DNA of 20,000 nucleotides from Folioceros fuciformis. Its lineage: Eukaryota. This document shows, in pieces, positions 10,188 to 20,000 of the stretch. The notes below the pieces were generated by a model, which was not told the DNA's origin, ran no database searches, and saw only the letters and a program-made list of their open reading frames with translations. Position 1 is the stretch's first letter. Each line of letters begins with the position of its first letter. The position numbers were made by a program, and so were the translations under genes. The DNA is taken from assembly GCA_049999805.1 (NCBI GenBank), contig JBNGIO010005951.1, positions 192,240-212,239 on the forward strand, written 5' to 3'.

Positions 10188-12015
10188 TTAGCGAGGGTGC
10201 TGGTAGTTCTCTCCAGGTGCAGCGTGGGTGAACCAACGGCCAACCAGGACGCCGGGCTTGACGTTGTAGCGGGCAAGGTAGTCCGCATCCGCCACCTTCT
10301 GGACCCCGTTTTGCGACTTGGGGCAGGAACGGAATGCCGGGTAAAGGCTGAAGACGGGCGAGGAAGGCGCCACCCCGAAGTCGAGCCCGTTGAAGTCCGT
10401 AAACTGCATAAGCTTGCTGGTAAGCGGGGGGGCCGTGTAGTTAAGGCTGTTAAGAGTGCGCACCACTGGGACGTTAGAGCAGCTGAGATAAGTAGGCGTG
10501 TTCTTGGGCTTGCGAGGATCCACGATCACCAGCTCCAGCCGGTTCCCGGTTGGAATGCCGCTGCAGCCGCCGGTCACCTCGGTGGGTGCGCTGGCGGGCG
10601 GGTTGCAGCCGACGCCTCCGAACTGGGTGAGCTTGCAGAAATCCGTGAGCCAGGGGTACGCCTTGCGAAAGGCGGGCGAGCTGTAGGACGCGATCCGCTG
10701 CGCATCCCAGAACCTGCCGATCTCGGCCCGGCAGTTGTTGAGCTCGAAGTTCTGGCAGCTGATCCATCCCGGGAGGTTGGCGCCCACGACGACGAAGCTG
10801 GAGATGACGTTTGAGTGCCCGGTGTTGAGCTTGAGCCCGGAGGACTGATTGAAGCACACCATGCCGTCCACCTGGACCCCGGACGAGGCCCAGTCCAGGT
10901 ACATGCACTGGGGGCCCCCGACGGCGTAGTTGCAGGAGAGGTAGTTCCCGGGGTTGATCCAGTGCGAGGCGAAGTAGATGGCGGCTGCGTCGGATGCCGT
11001 CGGGTAGCCCGGGGTGACCGTGATGTAGTTGTTGACGATGGAGTTGAGCATGCAGTCGCCCACGTTGTGCTGCCCTGTCCCGCACTGCACCCCGGCGAAG
11101 GCCTGGTTGCGGAACACGTTGTTGGAGATGGAGACGCCCACCGACATGCGGCGGAGAAACGCGCCTACCTTGGCGCCTGTGACCACGCTGTTGGTGAGGG
11201 AGACGGCGGCAGGGATGCGGTCCGGCCCGTCGCCCACGAACCCGAAGTCGACGGCGGCGACGTCGGACGGGAGCGTGGCCACGGCCAGGGAGTCGAGGCT
11301 GATTTGGGTCGATTCCTGCACGTCAATGCGGCCCAGAATGTGGGTGGACTTGGCGATCTGGATGCCCCAGGAGCGGTAGATGAGGATCGCCGGACACAAC
11401 ACCGACCCCGAGTACGTGTCGTGCGGGAACGACGACTCGCAGTCGCCGTCCGCTGCCCCTGGCGCGTCCAGCGGGAGGTGGAAGTTGATGTTCTGGATCA
11501 GGACGTTGGAGGCGTTCCACACCACCAGGACCGGTCCCGCCGTCGCGTTGTTGTCCAAGAATATGGTGGCTGGCCGGTCGCCCGTGCTCGTCAGGATGGT
11601 GCATGAGAACTCCTCCGATAGGGTTATGGTGGACGGGCTTTTCAGGTCCGTTGCCACTGCCAGAGTTACCGTCGTGTTGGCTGGGTACAAGGTCCGCTTG
11701 TACAGGTCCGCCGGCGTGTTCACCACGATTCGTTTTGCGTTCACATCCGAGGAGCACGGCCCGCCTGCAGAAACGAGTTCTTGCTTGTCAGCATCGTGAA
11801 TTTCCTCCGTGGCACCATCCTGAATGCATCATGTTAGCCCAGTGAATCGAGGTCCGAGTGCATGCAATGCCATGAAGAGGAGGGTTGGAGGAGGAAATGG
11901 AGATGGAGAGGATACCTTTCGCAGATACCACGGTGGGTTGGTGGCAAAGGGTGGCCAGCACTGAGATGCATATCACCAGGCCGGACTGGAAGAGAGCTGC
12001 ATGGCTTCTAGCCAT
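10188..12015 (-). CDS. Secreted right-handed parallel beta-helix (pectin lyase-like fold) protein, 2 exons, ~558 aa, function unknown
   Basis: Exon 1 (12015-11916) encodes a signal-peptide-like MARSHAALFQSGLVICISVLATLCHQPTVVSAK and ends at AAG|GTATCC. The intron runs to TTTCTGCAG|. Exon 2 (11764-10188) is in frame with the 518-aa ORF. Repeated beta-helix/Asn-ladder motifs: NVLIQNINF, VSISNNVFRN, NSIVNNYI, DAAAIYF, GNYLSCNY, MYLDWASSG, GHSNVISS. Strong G/C bias at third codon positions. Confidence 0.8.
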
Positions 12016-12633
12016 TTTGCTCCCCAGCGAAGAGAGAAGAGAAGAGACTGAAGGGAAGAGTGCTCCTGTGTCTTGGACATGGCAACAGGGGGAATGCGGG
12101 CTTCATATACTCTGGGGAGACCAGCTCCCATCATTGGGGCCACTGCGTTGGAGACGCAAGTCTTGGAAGTGTAGAGGTTGGAGATGTTCGGTTTCAGAAA
12201 TTCATTGCTTGTTGGAAGCCCTCGTTGTGAGCATCGGCCTTTGGCCTTCACGATTCCTCTCCACTGTCTTTTAATCCTAAATGGGCGGATAAAATTTTAA
12301 TTCCTTACGTGCAAATTGGAGAAGGATCACCATCACGGTGCTTTGTTTGTAAGCCTGAATTCAGTAGCGGGGAAGGGATGACTAGTGAATTAAACGCGCA
12401 GCTGAAAACCGTCAGGCTCTTCAAGGTAGTCCTCTGGCATGGACCAAGGAAGAAGCGGGCGTTAAAGGTTACAAACCTTGTAATGCGAACCCACACTCGT
12501 TGAACCGAAGCGTGTTGCTATCCGAGGTAGGACGATGGGGACTCTCGCATTCGATCAAGAGGAGGAGGGGGATGTAGTAAAATTGAGGGGGCGAGGCTAG
12601 GGCAGAGTAGGGGTGGTTACCTGATCAGGTGGT

Positions 12634-13780
12634 ATGGCGGCAGCGGTGAGGGGCGTCCGGCACCTGCTGGGAAGGCTCGTAGTAAATCCGATTTCGGAAT
12701 GTCAGTCGCAACCGCTGGCATCGGCATCTGCGGCAGGGGCAGGGGTGGAGTGGTTGCACCGTGGGCGTATGAATGGGGTGAGTGCGCTTGCTGCGCAGCT
12801 GAGAGGTCTGTCCACGCTGCCCTCCGCCCTCGAGAGCCCTGCTGCTGAAGCTGTGGAAAGCACGGAAGGTGGTATCGGGCAGCAGGGAAGCCCTGCTCCG
12901 GCTGCCCCCAAGTACACCCCAGCGGCTGTGAAGCAGGCTACGGATGTTGGGTACAGCGTACAGGGACGCTTCGACGGCAGCCACATATGGATCAAGCGGC
13001 AGCAAGCTTTCGCAGTTGTGCAGGTGGGTAGGGTTGCCGGCTGTGGTGGTTGCGGGATCCGATGCTGGACTCTGGTCTTACGTACTGGTTGGGTATATCG
13101 CAGGTGGGGTCACACCAATTCAAGGTCACTCCAGGGGATCTCATCTACACGGAGAAGCTCAAGTACACTGACATCAATGACAAGGTAGTAGGAAAGGGCG
13201 AAGAGAAGCATTGACGTAAGTTTTGCAAGCGCTGGGCCGGGCTGGCTTCTCATGGCTTGGCTTTCCATGTTCAGCTGGCGTTGGAGAAAGTCTTGTTGGT
13301 GGGTACGACCACCAAAACCATTATCGGCAGACCCACAGTACCCAATACCACTGTGTATGCAGCTGTGGAGGAGCATGTAAGCAAGCATGGTGACCTCTCT
13401 ACTGCCGTTGCTCCAGTCATCCACATTCTCTTCGTCTGCTTCATGTGGAATGGCTGATGGGGTGCAGGCACTGGATGCTAAAGTGATCATCTTCAAGAAG
13501 AAAAGGAGGAAAAATTATCGTAGGTGCAAAGGCCATCGGCAAGTAAGCGACGCCATGCAGTGGCCTCGTGTGATGGACCTTCCCCTCCTTCTTCGGATGT
13601 GGCTCAGGGGACTCATCCACACCACACTTCTGTATGCAAGGTTGCTAGAAACCTTAGATGCCCAGACTGTGAAGATGACTGACAGTTTCCTGGTTGCAGG
13701 AGCTGACTGCTCTGAGAATTCTCAACATCAACGGGTTCGAGGAAGCGAAGGATGCAGAACAGCTTGCCAAGGCTGCCTGA
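12634..13780 (+). CDS. RPL21: Organellar (probably mitochondrial) 50S ribosomal protein L21 (bL21), 5 exons, ~242 aa
   Basis: Exons 12634-13023, 13104-13184, 13275-13376, 13468-13542, 13700-13780 with GT-AG introns (729 nt). bL21 motifs: [60 protein letters not shown]. The N-terminus MAAAVRGVRHLLGRL resembles a mitochondrial presequence. Confidence 0.93.
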
Positions 13781-14715
13781 TGAGTTCTTCCTGGTGCCTG
13801 GCAAGTGAAGTGTTCTGCATTTGCAAGGGGTGCATTTCCAAGACGGATGGATACCTGGCCATAAGAGACCTTCTGACGTGCAGAACACATGTGGTGTAAA
13901 TTGGCGGTTTGGATACCAGGCCATCAAATCCCTTGGAGTCGCTTTCTTCTTACATCTGACCCAGTGCCTTGGCGTCAGGAGCTTGAGTTGTCGGCTATAC
14001 TCCATTTCCGGACAAAACGGGCAGGATTTTTGTGACATGTTCCCTGTCTTCTTGTACCTTCCCAAGTTGGGCTGGCCAGAACCTCCAGTTCTGGAGTCTT
14101 GCGTGACTGCGAAGGTCAGAGACTGTTTTTGTGGCAGAGAAATGCTTTAAAAACATGTGCCTTAGCTGTGCTACTTTTCTTCCATTGTATGTAGACGTCT
14201 GTGTGCATGTACAGACACTGACTGACGTATCTTACGTATCTTCAGCTTGCGTCTCACCCGTGAGCTGCTTAGAACGTTCACGTGACTGCAGTTACATAGG
14301 GTTCGTCGGTGCATCTGACTACGTGAGATTCTTGAGTCACAAGGTTCACATCTAGTATGTTTGTATGTACGTAGTAGTGTCTGTACCTCGGACTTCGGGT
14401 GAAAGCGTTGCTAACATGTTATTGCTGCTCAAGGATGAATTCACTTGATATTGGTGAAGAGCCTTCTGCTGGGTTGAAGGTGTGGCTAACGTATGCACTT
14501 ATTCCTGTTCAAGAATGAATGCGACTTTACATTGGGGAACCTAAGTCTCCATCTGTGGAGTAGTTCCGACCAAAAAAGGATCCCCTATTTTCGAGTTCGT
14601 GCATAAATACAAGATGAATTACGGTAGTCTGGAGGAGGATTGGACCTCTATCCTACGGCGGTTGTCATGGAAAACGAATCGGTAAGCGTGTCCCAGCTTT
14701 TGAGGCAATTGTAGC

Positions 14716-16506
14716 TCATCTGGTCATCTTGTTTACAGTTGGAGTGATCCGTGTCTTTCTCAAGTTGTGTTCTTGAACAAGCTGCTCGGCGAACCAGTCC
14801 AAACGCTGCGAGTTGCTTTGAGAAAGCTCCCTTTTACCACCAAAGGGGTTGTGCTCCATCCCATTTTGCCCCAGCAAATCATCTGCTAGCTTCATCAGTC
14901 TGTTCACGTTGGTCCTGCTGGGATCGTCCATCTCAGTGAGACAACGGTCTGGGAGACCAAAGACCTATTACACAAAGACAAGTCGTGATTAGATACCAAA
15001 TGATTTTAATGATACGCTTTCGACACTGATACCGTTGTTAACACTGGTGGTGGGTGGTGCCATTTGGCATCGCTTGGTATTCCAAACCCCCCACAAAGCA
15101 AACAGGTCAGGTATTTCTGTTACCTGTATACGGACGTAGTTCTGACGATGCGCTCCAAAGGATATACAGATTGTGTGGTCCACGATGTCAGAGATGCCAT
15201 CGAGCACAATTTTCACAATAGGTTTTGCCCACTGAAAGGCTCCCCACTGGCGAATCTTCTGATACTTGTAGGTGCGATCGAACTGGCCCGTGCCAATCGA
15301 CAGCACAAGAAGATCATGGACTCCTCGGACAGAAGGAAACTCACGCTTATTGTGCAACACATGGGTGATTGCCGCTGCAGTGGGATTGTTCATCACCAGC
15401 CCCCCATCCACCGCTGTGCACGTTGTTTTGCCGTCTATGGATGTCAAATGCGCTGGCTTGAAGAAGGCAGGCACAGCAGAAGTAGCCCGGCAAACCTCCC
15501 ACAGCCGAAAGTCCCAAGTCTCTGCACCCAGTGCGTCAGCTCTTGAGAACAGAAAGGGTCCCGCGCTACAGAGATCATAACAGGGAATGAGCACTGGTTT
15601 GATGGTATCCCTCAACGTCAGGGCACGTCCATCCCTCACCAGATGCTCTTTCAATACTTCCTCCAAATACTTAGAAGAGTACCTGGGAGTCAGGATTCCC
15701 CGAAGTTTCGACCATGGACGCTGCAGCTTCGGTATCTTGAAAATCTTTCTGCCCTTATCAGCAATAAGTTTCCAAGTCTCCTCTCCCCGAAACAGGGGCC
15801 GACCCTTCCCATCGTCCGTGAAAAGCATAGTGGCAAGTATGCCGCCCACACTCGTCCCCGCTGCTACATCGAAATAATCCACAATTCGGGCCTCGGAATC
15901 CCCACTCTTCGTCTTCAGAGCGTCCTCCAGGTATGCCAGAACTCTTCCCGCAATGATGCCTCTCATGCCGCCTCCATCGATGGACAGTATACAGACTTTC
16001 CCCCTCTCCGCGTCCAGTGCGCTGTAGGAGTCACCCTCAGCCTTCTCGGGTTCCGACGACATTCTCGCATCCTCTGCGACCTCAACGTTCACTTGAGGAG
16101 GCTCCGCGAAGAGGTGCGGACGCTGCTCCTCATTTTGTATCAAGTCAGTAGGAACCTGAGTTGAACGAAGCGGAGAAGCAGGACCTCGAAGCGGAGACGA
16201 AGGACCTCGAAGCGGAGAAGCAGGACCTCGAGTCGGAGAAGGTGCGCTACTGCCACCCGACACACGATTCCTGACGGGGCTTCTCCCAGGCGAAGGTGTG
16301 ACATGACTTGTGGAATGTCTGGGCCTTGCCGGACGATTGTGTGAGGCTGACAAAGTACCAATCTTGGACGCAGTGCCGACGGTTTTCCTCGGGGACTCAA
16401 CAGTCATAAATGAAGGAGGTTCACCAGCGGCTGCCGCAGATCGATTTCCATAAACACCTTCGGCGTCATCATCCAGCTCCGGGAATAGGCTAAGTAACCT
16501 CGGCAT
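14716..16506 (-). CDS. Patatin-like phospholipase A, group III (pPLAIII/PLP6-7-like), 2 exons, ~543 aa
   Basis: Exon 1 is 16506-15124 (CAG|GTAACA) and exon 2 is 14964-14716 (TAATAG|GTC). Motifs: CILSIDGGGMRG, DYFDVAAGTSVGG, LIPCYDL, PFLFSRADA, VCRATSA, VDGGLVMNNPTAAAITHVLHNKREFP, LLVLSIGTG, YVRIQ, C-terminal RLDWFAEQLVQEH. The start codon is less certain because the N-terminus is low-complexity. Confidence 0.92.
16166..16241. repeat. 21-bp tandem repeat (~3.6 copies) inside the patatin CDS
   Basis: cgaagcggagaagcaggacct / cgaagcggagacgaaggacct / cgaagcggagaagcaggacct / cgagtcggagaag. On the minus strand it encodes SPTRGPASPLRGPSSPLRGPASPLR. Confidence 0.9.
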
Positions 16507-18035
16507 GACGCAAAATTCTCAGGCTGCTACAACCATCTCAAGTCAGTTAAGGCAGAAATCCAATTCTCGCCTCCTAGCTACCGTCCTAGCTTGAGCTGTC
16601 CAGGAAACCGCAACCGCGAGTGTCAATCACAGGTTGAGCAAAGAAGAAATGACATTCTCCAGGCCAGGACCGGCCCCGCGAGAAACGGACAAAGGACTTC
16701 ATGCCGGGAGGAAACACAATCTACGGACACAGGCAACCACAGGGCAGCAGAGTGTGAAACAATGTCACGGAATGCAAGCTAAGCTACTGGTACCTTTCAC
16801 CAGCAAGGGAGAAAAAGCATTTAGCAACAGCAGCACTCCGTTCCTCAGTGTCTAAGCCAGTACCGCACTCAATTGCGAAGATTGGCGAACACGAGGGGCT
16901 TTGTCGCGCCAATCCGCACTGTCCCGCAGCCGGAACAAACCCCTGCACGGCTGACCATCACTCTACAGGGCCGGGCACAGTGGAACAGCTGGAATTGTAG
17001 CACCTCCGAAACAGAACACAGTACGACACTGCTAAAACAGTAATGCTCTGCTCCTCCAGCTCCAGTAAACTTCCCCGCGCGGCCGCAGTGACATGTGCCG
17101 ACTCGCTCGCTACCTCCCTCGCACAATTGTTCCTCCATTCATGTCCTGCGAGGAGGAGGGGAAGCAGTGATCGGGGAGGCTTGCAAGGGCAAATCCTATG
17201 CGGAATTGCGGTGAAACCCGCAAGACATGAGTGTGCAGCCGTCGGCCGCTGTCCCAGTTGCTACAACGGCTGTCATTCACTGCGCCGGCGCCGAATTCCC
17301 GATATGCAACATCAATGCGCAACGGCATCGGGGCGAAGCCAGAAGCCTGTCTCGTGTTCTGCCCGTTCACCACAGCTGCAGTCGTTAACAAACAATCCTC
17401 TTGAAAATACACTCACTTTAGGGATTGCGTAACAGCCATTTCAAGTCACCCATAACTATAGGTGGTGTCCCAATTCGGTCCGCACGCACATGGTATGTAC
17501 TGCAGGCCTATCGTGTTCGCCGACAAAACACCGAGCAACCTTTTCTCACTCTATCCTCACAAGCTTCATTTTTCCCGGTTATCTCGTAGAATAAATATAC
17601 AACCTTTTTCAGTGAATAAACACTTCAGAAAAGGAAAAGAGATGGAATACGAGGAGGACCAATCAACCAGAGGGCAAAGAACCAAGAAGAGGAGCAGTGA
17701 CACGGGATCCAATACATTTTTAATACTTCTAAATATTCATACAAATAAATATTAGAAACAAATCACCATAAATTCAGGGTGCTGCCTTTTTCCGGAAAGG
17801 TGAACACTTTCCTTTGCGAGAGTATGGCAGCGGGGGCTCCGGAGGCCAGTTTTGGGCCTGGCCTTTGTGGGGCATGGGAATCTGTAGGCTACAGGCCGCC
17901 CCAAGCCATACCGGGGTGCCTGGTAACATCGGGTGAAGGCTTTTCTCCTCACGGGAAAACTGTGGAGAGGAAGGCAAGTCTGTTGTCCGGATGCAGCCCA
18001 TGGCACGGCAGTGGAACCAGCCAACACTTCAACGA

Positions 18036-18055
18036 CAGCAGCAGCAGCAGCAGCA
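18036..18055 (+). repeat. (CAG)6 microsatellite
   Basis: cagcagcagcagcagcagca read directly from the sequence. Confidence 0.85.
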
Positions 18056-18619
18056 TGGGCCCCACGGCATGGCGGATGGGCTGATGGGTGGCTAGCAGTA
18101 TGGGCAAACACTGGAGGTCTGAAGTATTCAGAAAGAACTACTGTACTGTATGTGACACGAGATGTGGATCTCCTTTTCCCAGTTGCTGTTACTTCTACTA
18201 CCTTACTTGCTTCAGTAGCAAGGCCCAGCAGCTGGAAGCCAGCCCTCCTTCAGAGAGCAGAGAGCTAGAGTTGGCTTCATCTGCAGCAACTGGGTTCTGT
18301 GCTTGGATACTAAGCTGATCTGGGACGAGTATGTGCACACAGATTCGGTCTGCGTGATTGGGATGCTAATGGCTTTCCTTAACTGACCGTGTACTGAAAC
18401 ACCTACTGCTTCTTTTGCAGCACTTATGGCTGCATTAGCTCTCTCACTTTGCCTCCCTCTTGTTGTTGTTGTGTCTGATAGTCACAAACAACCGTACCAT
18501 GTCAGGAGCACTGAAGATAAGAGTGGATACAGGTCTTGAAGTCAAAGTGCCCATTATGCGTACCTTTTGAGCTTTTTGGCTGTAGCTCATCCTTTCCCAC
18601 ACCGCAAGCGTGCTTTGGC

Positions 18620-18734
18620 CTCTTTCTGGGCGCGTGGAGGCCAGAAAGAGCTCTTGCAAAGAGGCTCTTGTAAGTGCCAGAAAGGCTCTTGTAAGTGCCA
18701 GAAAGGGCTCTTGCAAAGAGGCTCCTTTCTGGCC
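18620..18734. repeat. Compound short direct and inverted repeat
   Basis: Two tandem copies of the 21-mer ggctcttgtaagtgccagaaa (18663-18704). Direct repeats gctcttgcaaagaggctc at 18650-18667 and 18707-18724. Inverted pairs: ctctttctgg (18620-18629) with ccagaaagag (18641-18650), and ggccagaaag (18639-18648) with ctttctggcc (18725-18734). Confidence 0.8.
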
Positions 18735-20000
18735 CAGCACAAGTTCAGTTTCATATTTGCTCATGAGCATTTCCGCATTGACTTCGTGGTGCACTTTCTT
18801 CTTCCTGCAAGGAGACACGTATACTCCTAGGGGGCTACTACTGACACATGAGCATTTTCCCTACTTGCAGGCAACAATCACAATCTAACTAACATGTTCC
18901 CTTGAGGTTTAGGCCACGCACGGACGTGACTTCGTTTAACTGATCAATGGTCTGATAAGCATCACCACCCGCGACTTTCTGCAGCCCAACAGAAGAAGCT
19001 ACCTACAGCCCAGCAAAATGCCAGACCTCCTCGTCTACCCTGGGAAACCGAGATGATTCTGCTCATGCCAGATGCTTTCTTCTGGAAACCCCGAGCCCCG
19101 GAGTTCGCCCCTACTGCTAACCCTCCATCTGCAGTACAATTGGACCGATGCCCTGGCTCTAATGCCCTACAACGTCTCCATCCCTGTAGTCGGTCCTTGC
19201 TTACCGGAGATAGCACAGGTATTGCGAAGACAGTCTAACGATAATGATACTTATGTTGATGATGGCCGTTTAAATGAAAAATGCAACGTGCTTCCTGTCG
19301 CCAGTCACCTGTAACTTGAAGGGAGACGAATCACAGCGATCGACATGAATTCAACGGCGACCTCTTCCTCTGCCTACGACTTCCACAAGAGTGACCAGTG
19401 CTGCGAATTTGCTTCGTAGGTGCCCAGATTGTTGTCCTGATCAACAGGGGAGCATGGTCTCTTGGTGCTGCGCCTGCGCAATTTTCAATTTTCGTACACC
19501 AGGAGCAGCTGGTTGATTTTCGTGGAAGATTGTGTGGCACGGCTGCGAGCTTGATGGGCACTCGGACCGCTGGGTGCGATGGATCCTTGATTTCTCAGCA
19601 ATTTTCTTGAAGATGACGAGGTACTTTTGGAGAATTTTCGGGCGGTAGTGACAATTTTCTCACACTCTGAGGAGATTGTGCTCAAAGGCGTGAAGAAGTT
19701 GTTGTCTTGTTACAGGATGATGAAATGGCTGTTCCCTGGTCGGATGATGCTGTAGATGCTCCCTGGTCGAGTGCTGCTGCTGTAGATTCCTATGCGGCGG
19801 AGGTGAACAGATATGTCATGAGCGGAAGAGTGGCAGCGGAGGCTGCAGAAGCCGGGTATGGGCTTGATTGGGTGGGGAATGAGAATTCGCAGTCTTCACC
19901 CCAGCCCAGGCCCGTCGCTTCTAGTGCGCCTCATGAGTGTGAAAGAGGTGAGACCACAATTGAGAAGGAGCAGGGTCGTCCGCGTGTCTGTCACAGCTGG

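Noticed and set aside
10188-11764. Bacterial contamination or misassembly as the explanation for the GC-rich exon
   Set aside because: The exon is joined in frame by a canonical GT-AG intron to an upstream signal-peptide exon, and it sits between ordinary plant genes. Read-level confirmation would still be desirable.
10197-11799. Long overlapping ORFs (205, 263, 203, 139 and 144 aa) on other frames or the opposite strand of the beta-helix gene
   Set aside because: These are expected shadow ORFs of a GC3-rich coding exon that has few off-frame stops. They show no independent motifs.
3162-12015. SCPL, two SDRs and a secreted enzyme, all on one strand, as a plant biosynthetic gene cluster
   Set aside because: The SCPL has SCPL51/SCPEP1 peptidase signatures rather than those of clade IA acyltransferases. 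There is no scaffold-forming enzyme (TPS, PKS, OSC) or P450 in the window. Co-orientation alone is weak evidence.
14989-15123. C-terminus of the 505-aa patatin ORF as given in the ORF track
   Set aside because: This is read-through into the intron. The conserved pPLAIII C-terminus is on the exon at 14964-14716.
16166-16241. Short repeats here and at 18650-18724 as a CRISPR-like array
   Set aside because: The repeats are directly tandem without unique spacers, the context is eukaryotic, and there are no cas genes.
18444-18818. 124-aa minus-strand ORF containing LTRAFLALTRA repeats
   Set aside because: The repeated peptide is just the translation of the compound DNA repeat. There is no domain or splice support.

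Overview
Eukaryotic, gene-dense plant genomic DNA with short (~80-160 nt) GT-AG introns. The style suggests a compact non-seed land-plant genome such as a hornwort or lycophyte; this is inference only. Six spliced protein-coding genes can be reconstructed by hand. On the minus strand: a 14-exon SCPL51/SCPEP1-type serine carboxypeptidase, two tandem 4-exon carbonyl-reductase-type SDR paralogues, a 2-exon GC-rich secreted right-handed beta-helix protein that resembles bacterial families, and a 2-exon group III patatin-like phospholipase that keeps a canonical GxSxG nucleophile. On the plus strand: a 5-exon organellar (probably mitochondrial) ribosomal protein L21. Bases 1-2700 look like a heavily decayed LINE-like retroelement. 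Bases 16.6-20 kb contain no recognisable gene, only small repeats. The most interesting candidate is the beta-helix gene, a possible horizontally acquired and domesticated cell-wall or carbohydrate-active enzyme.
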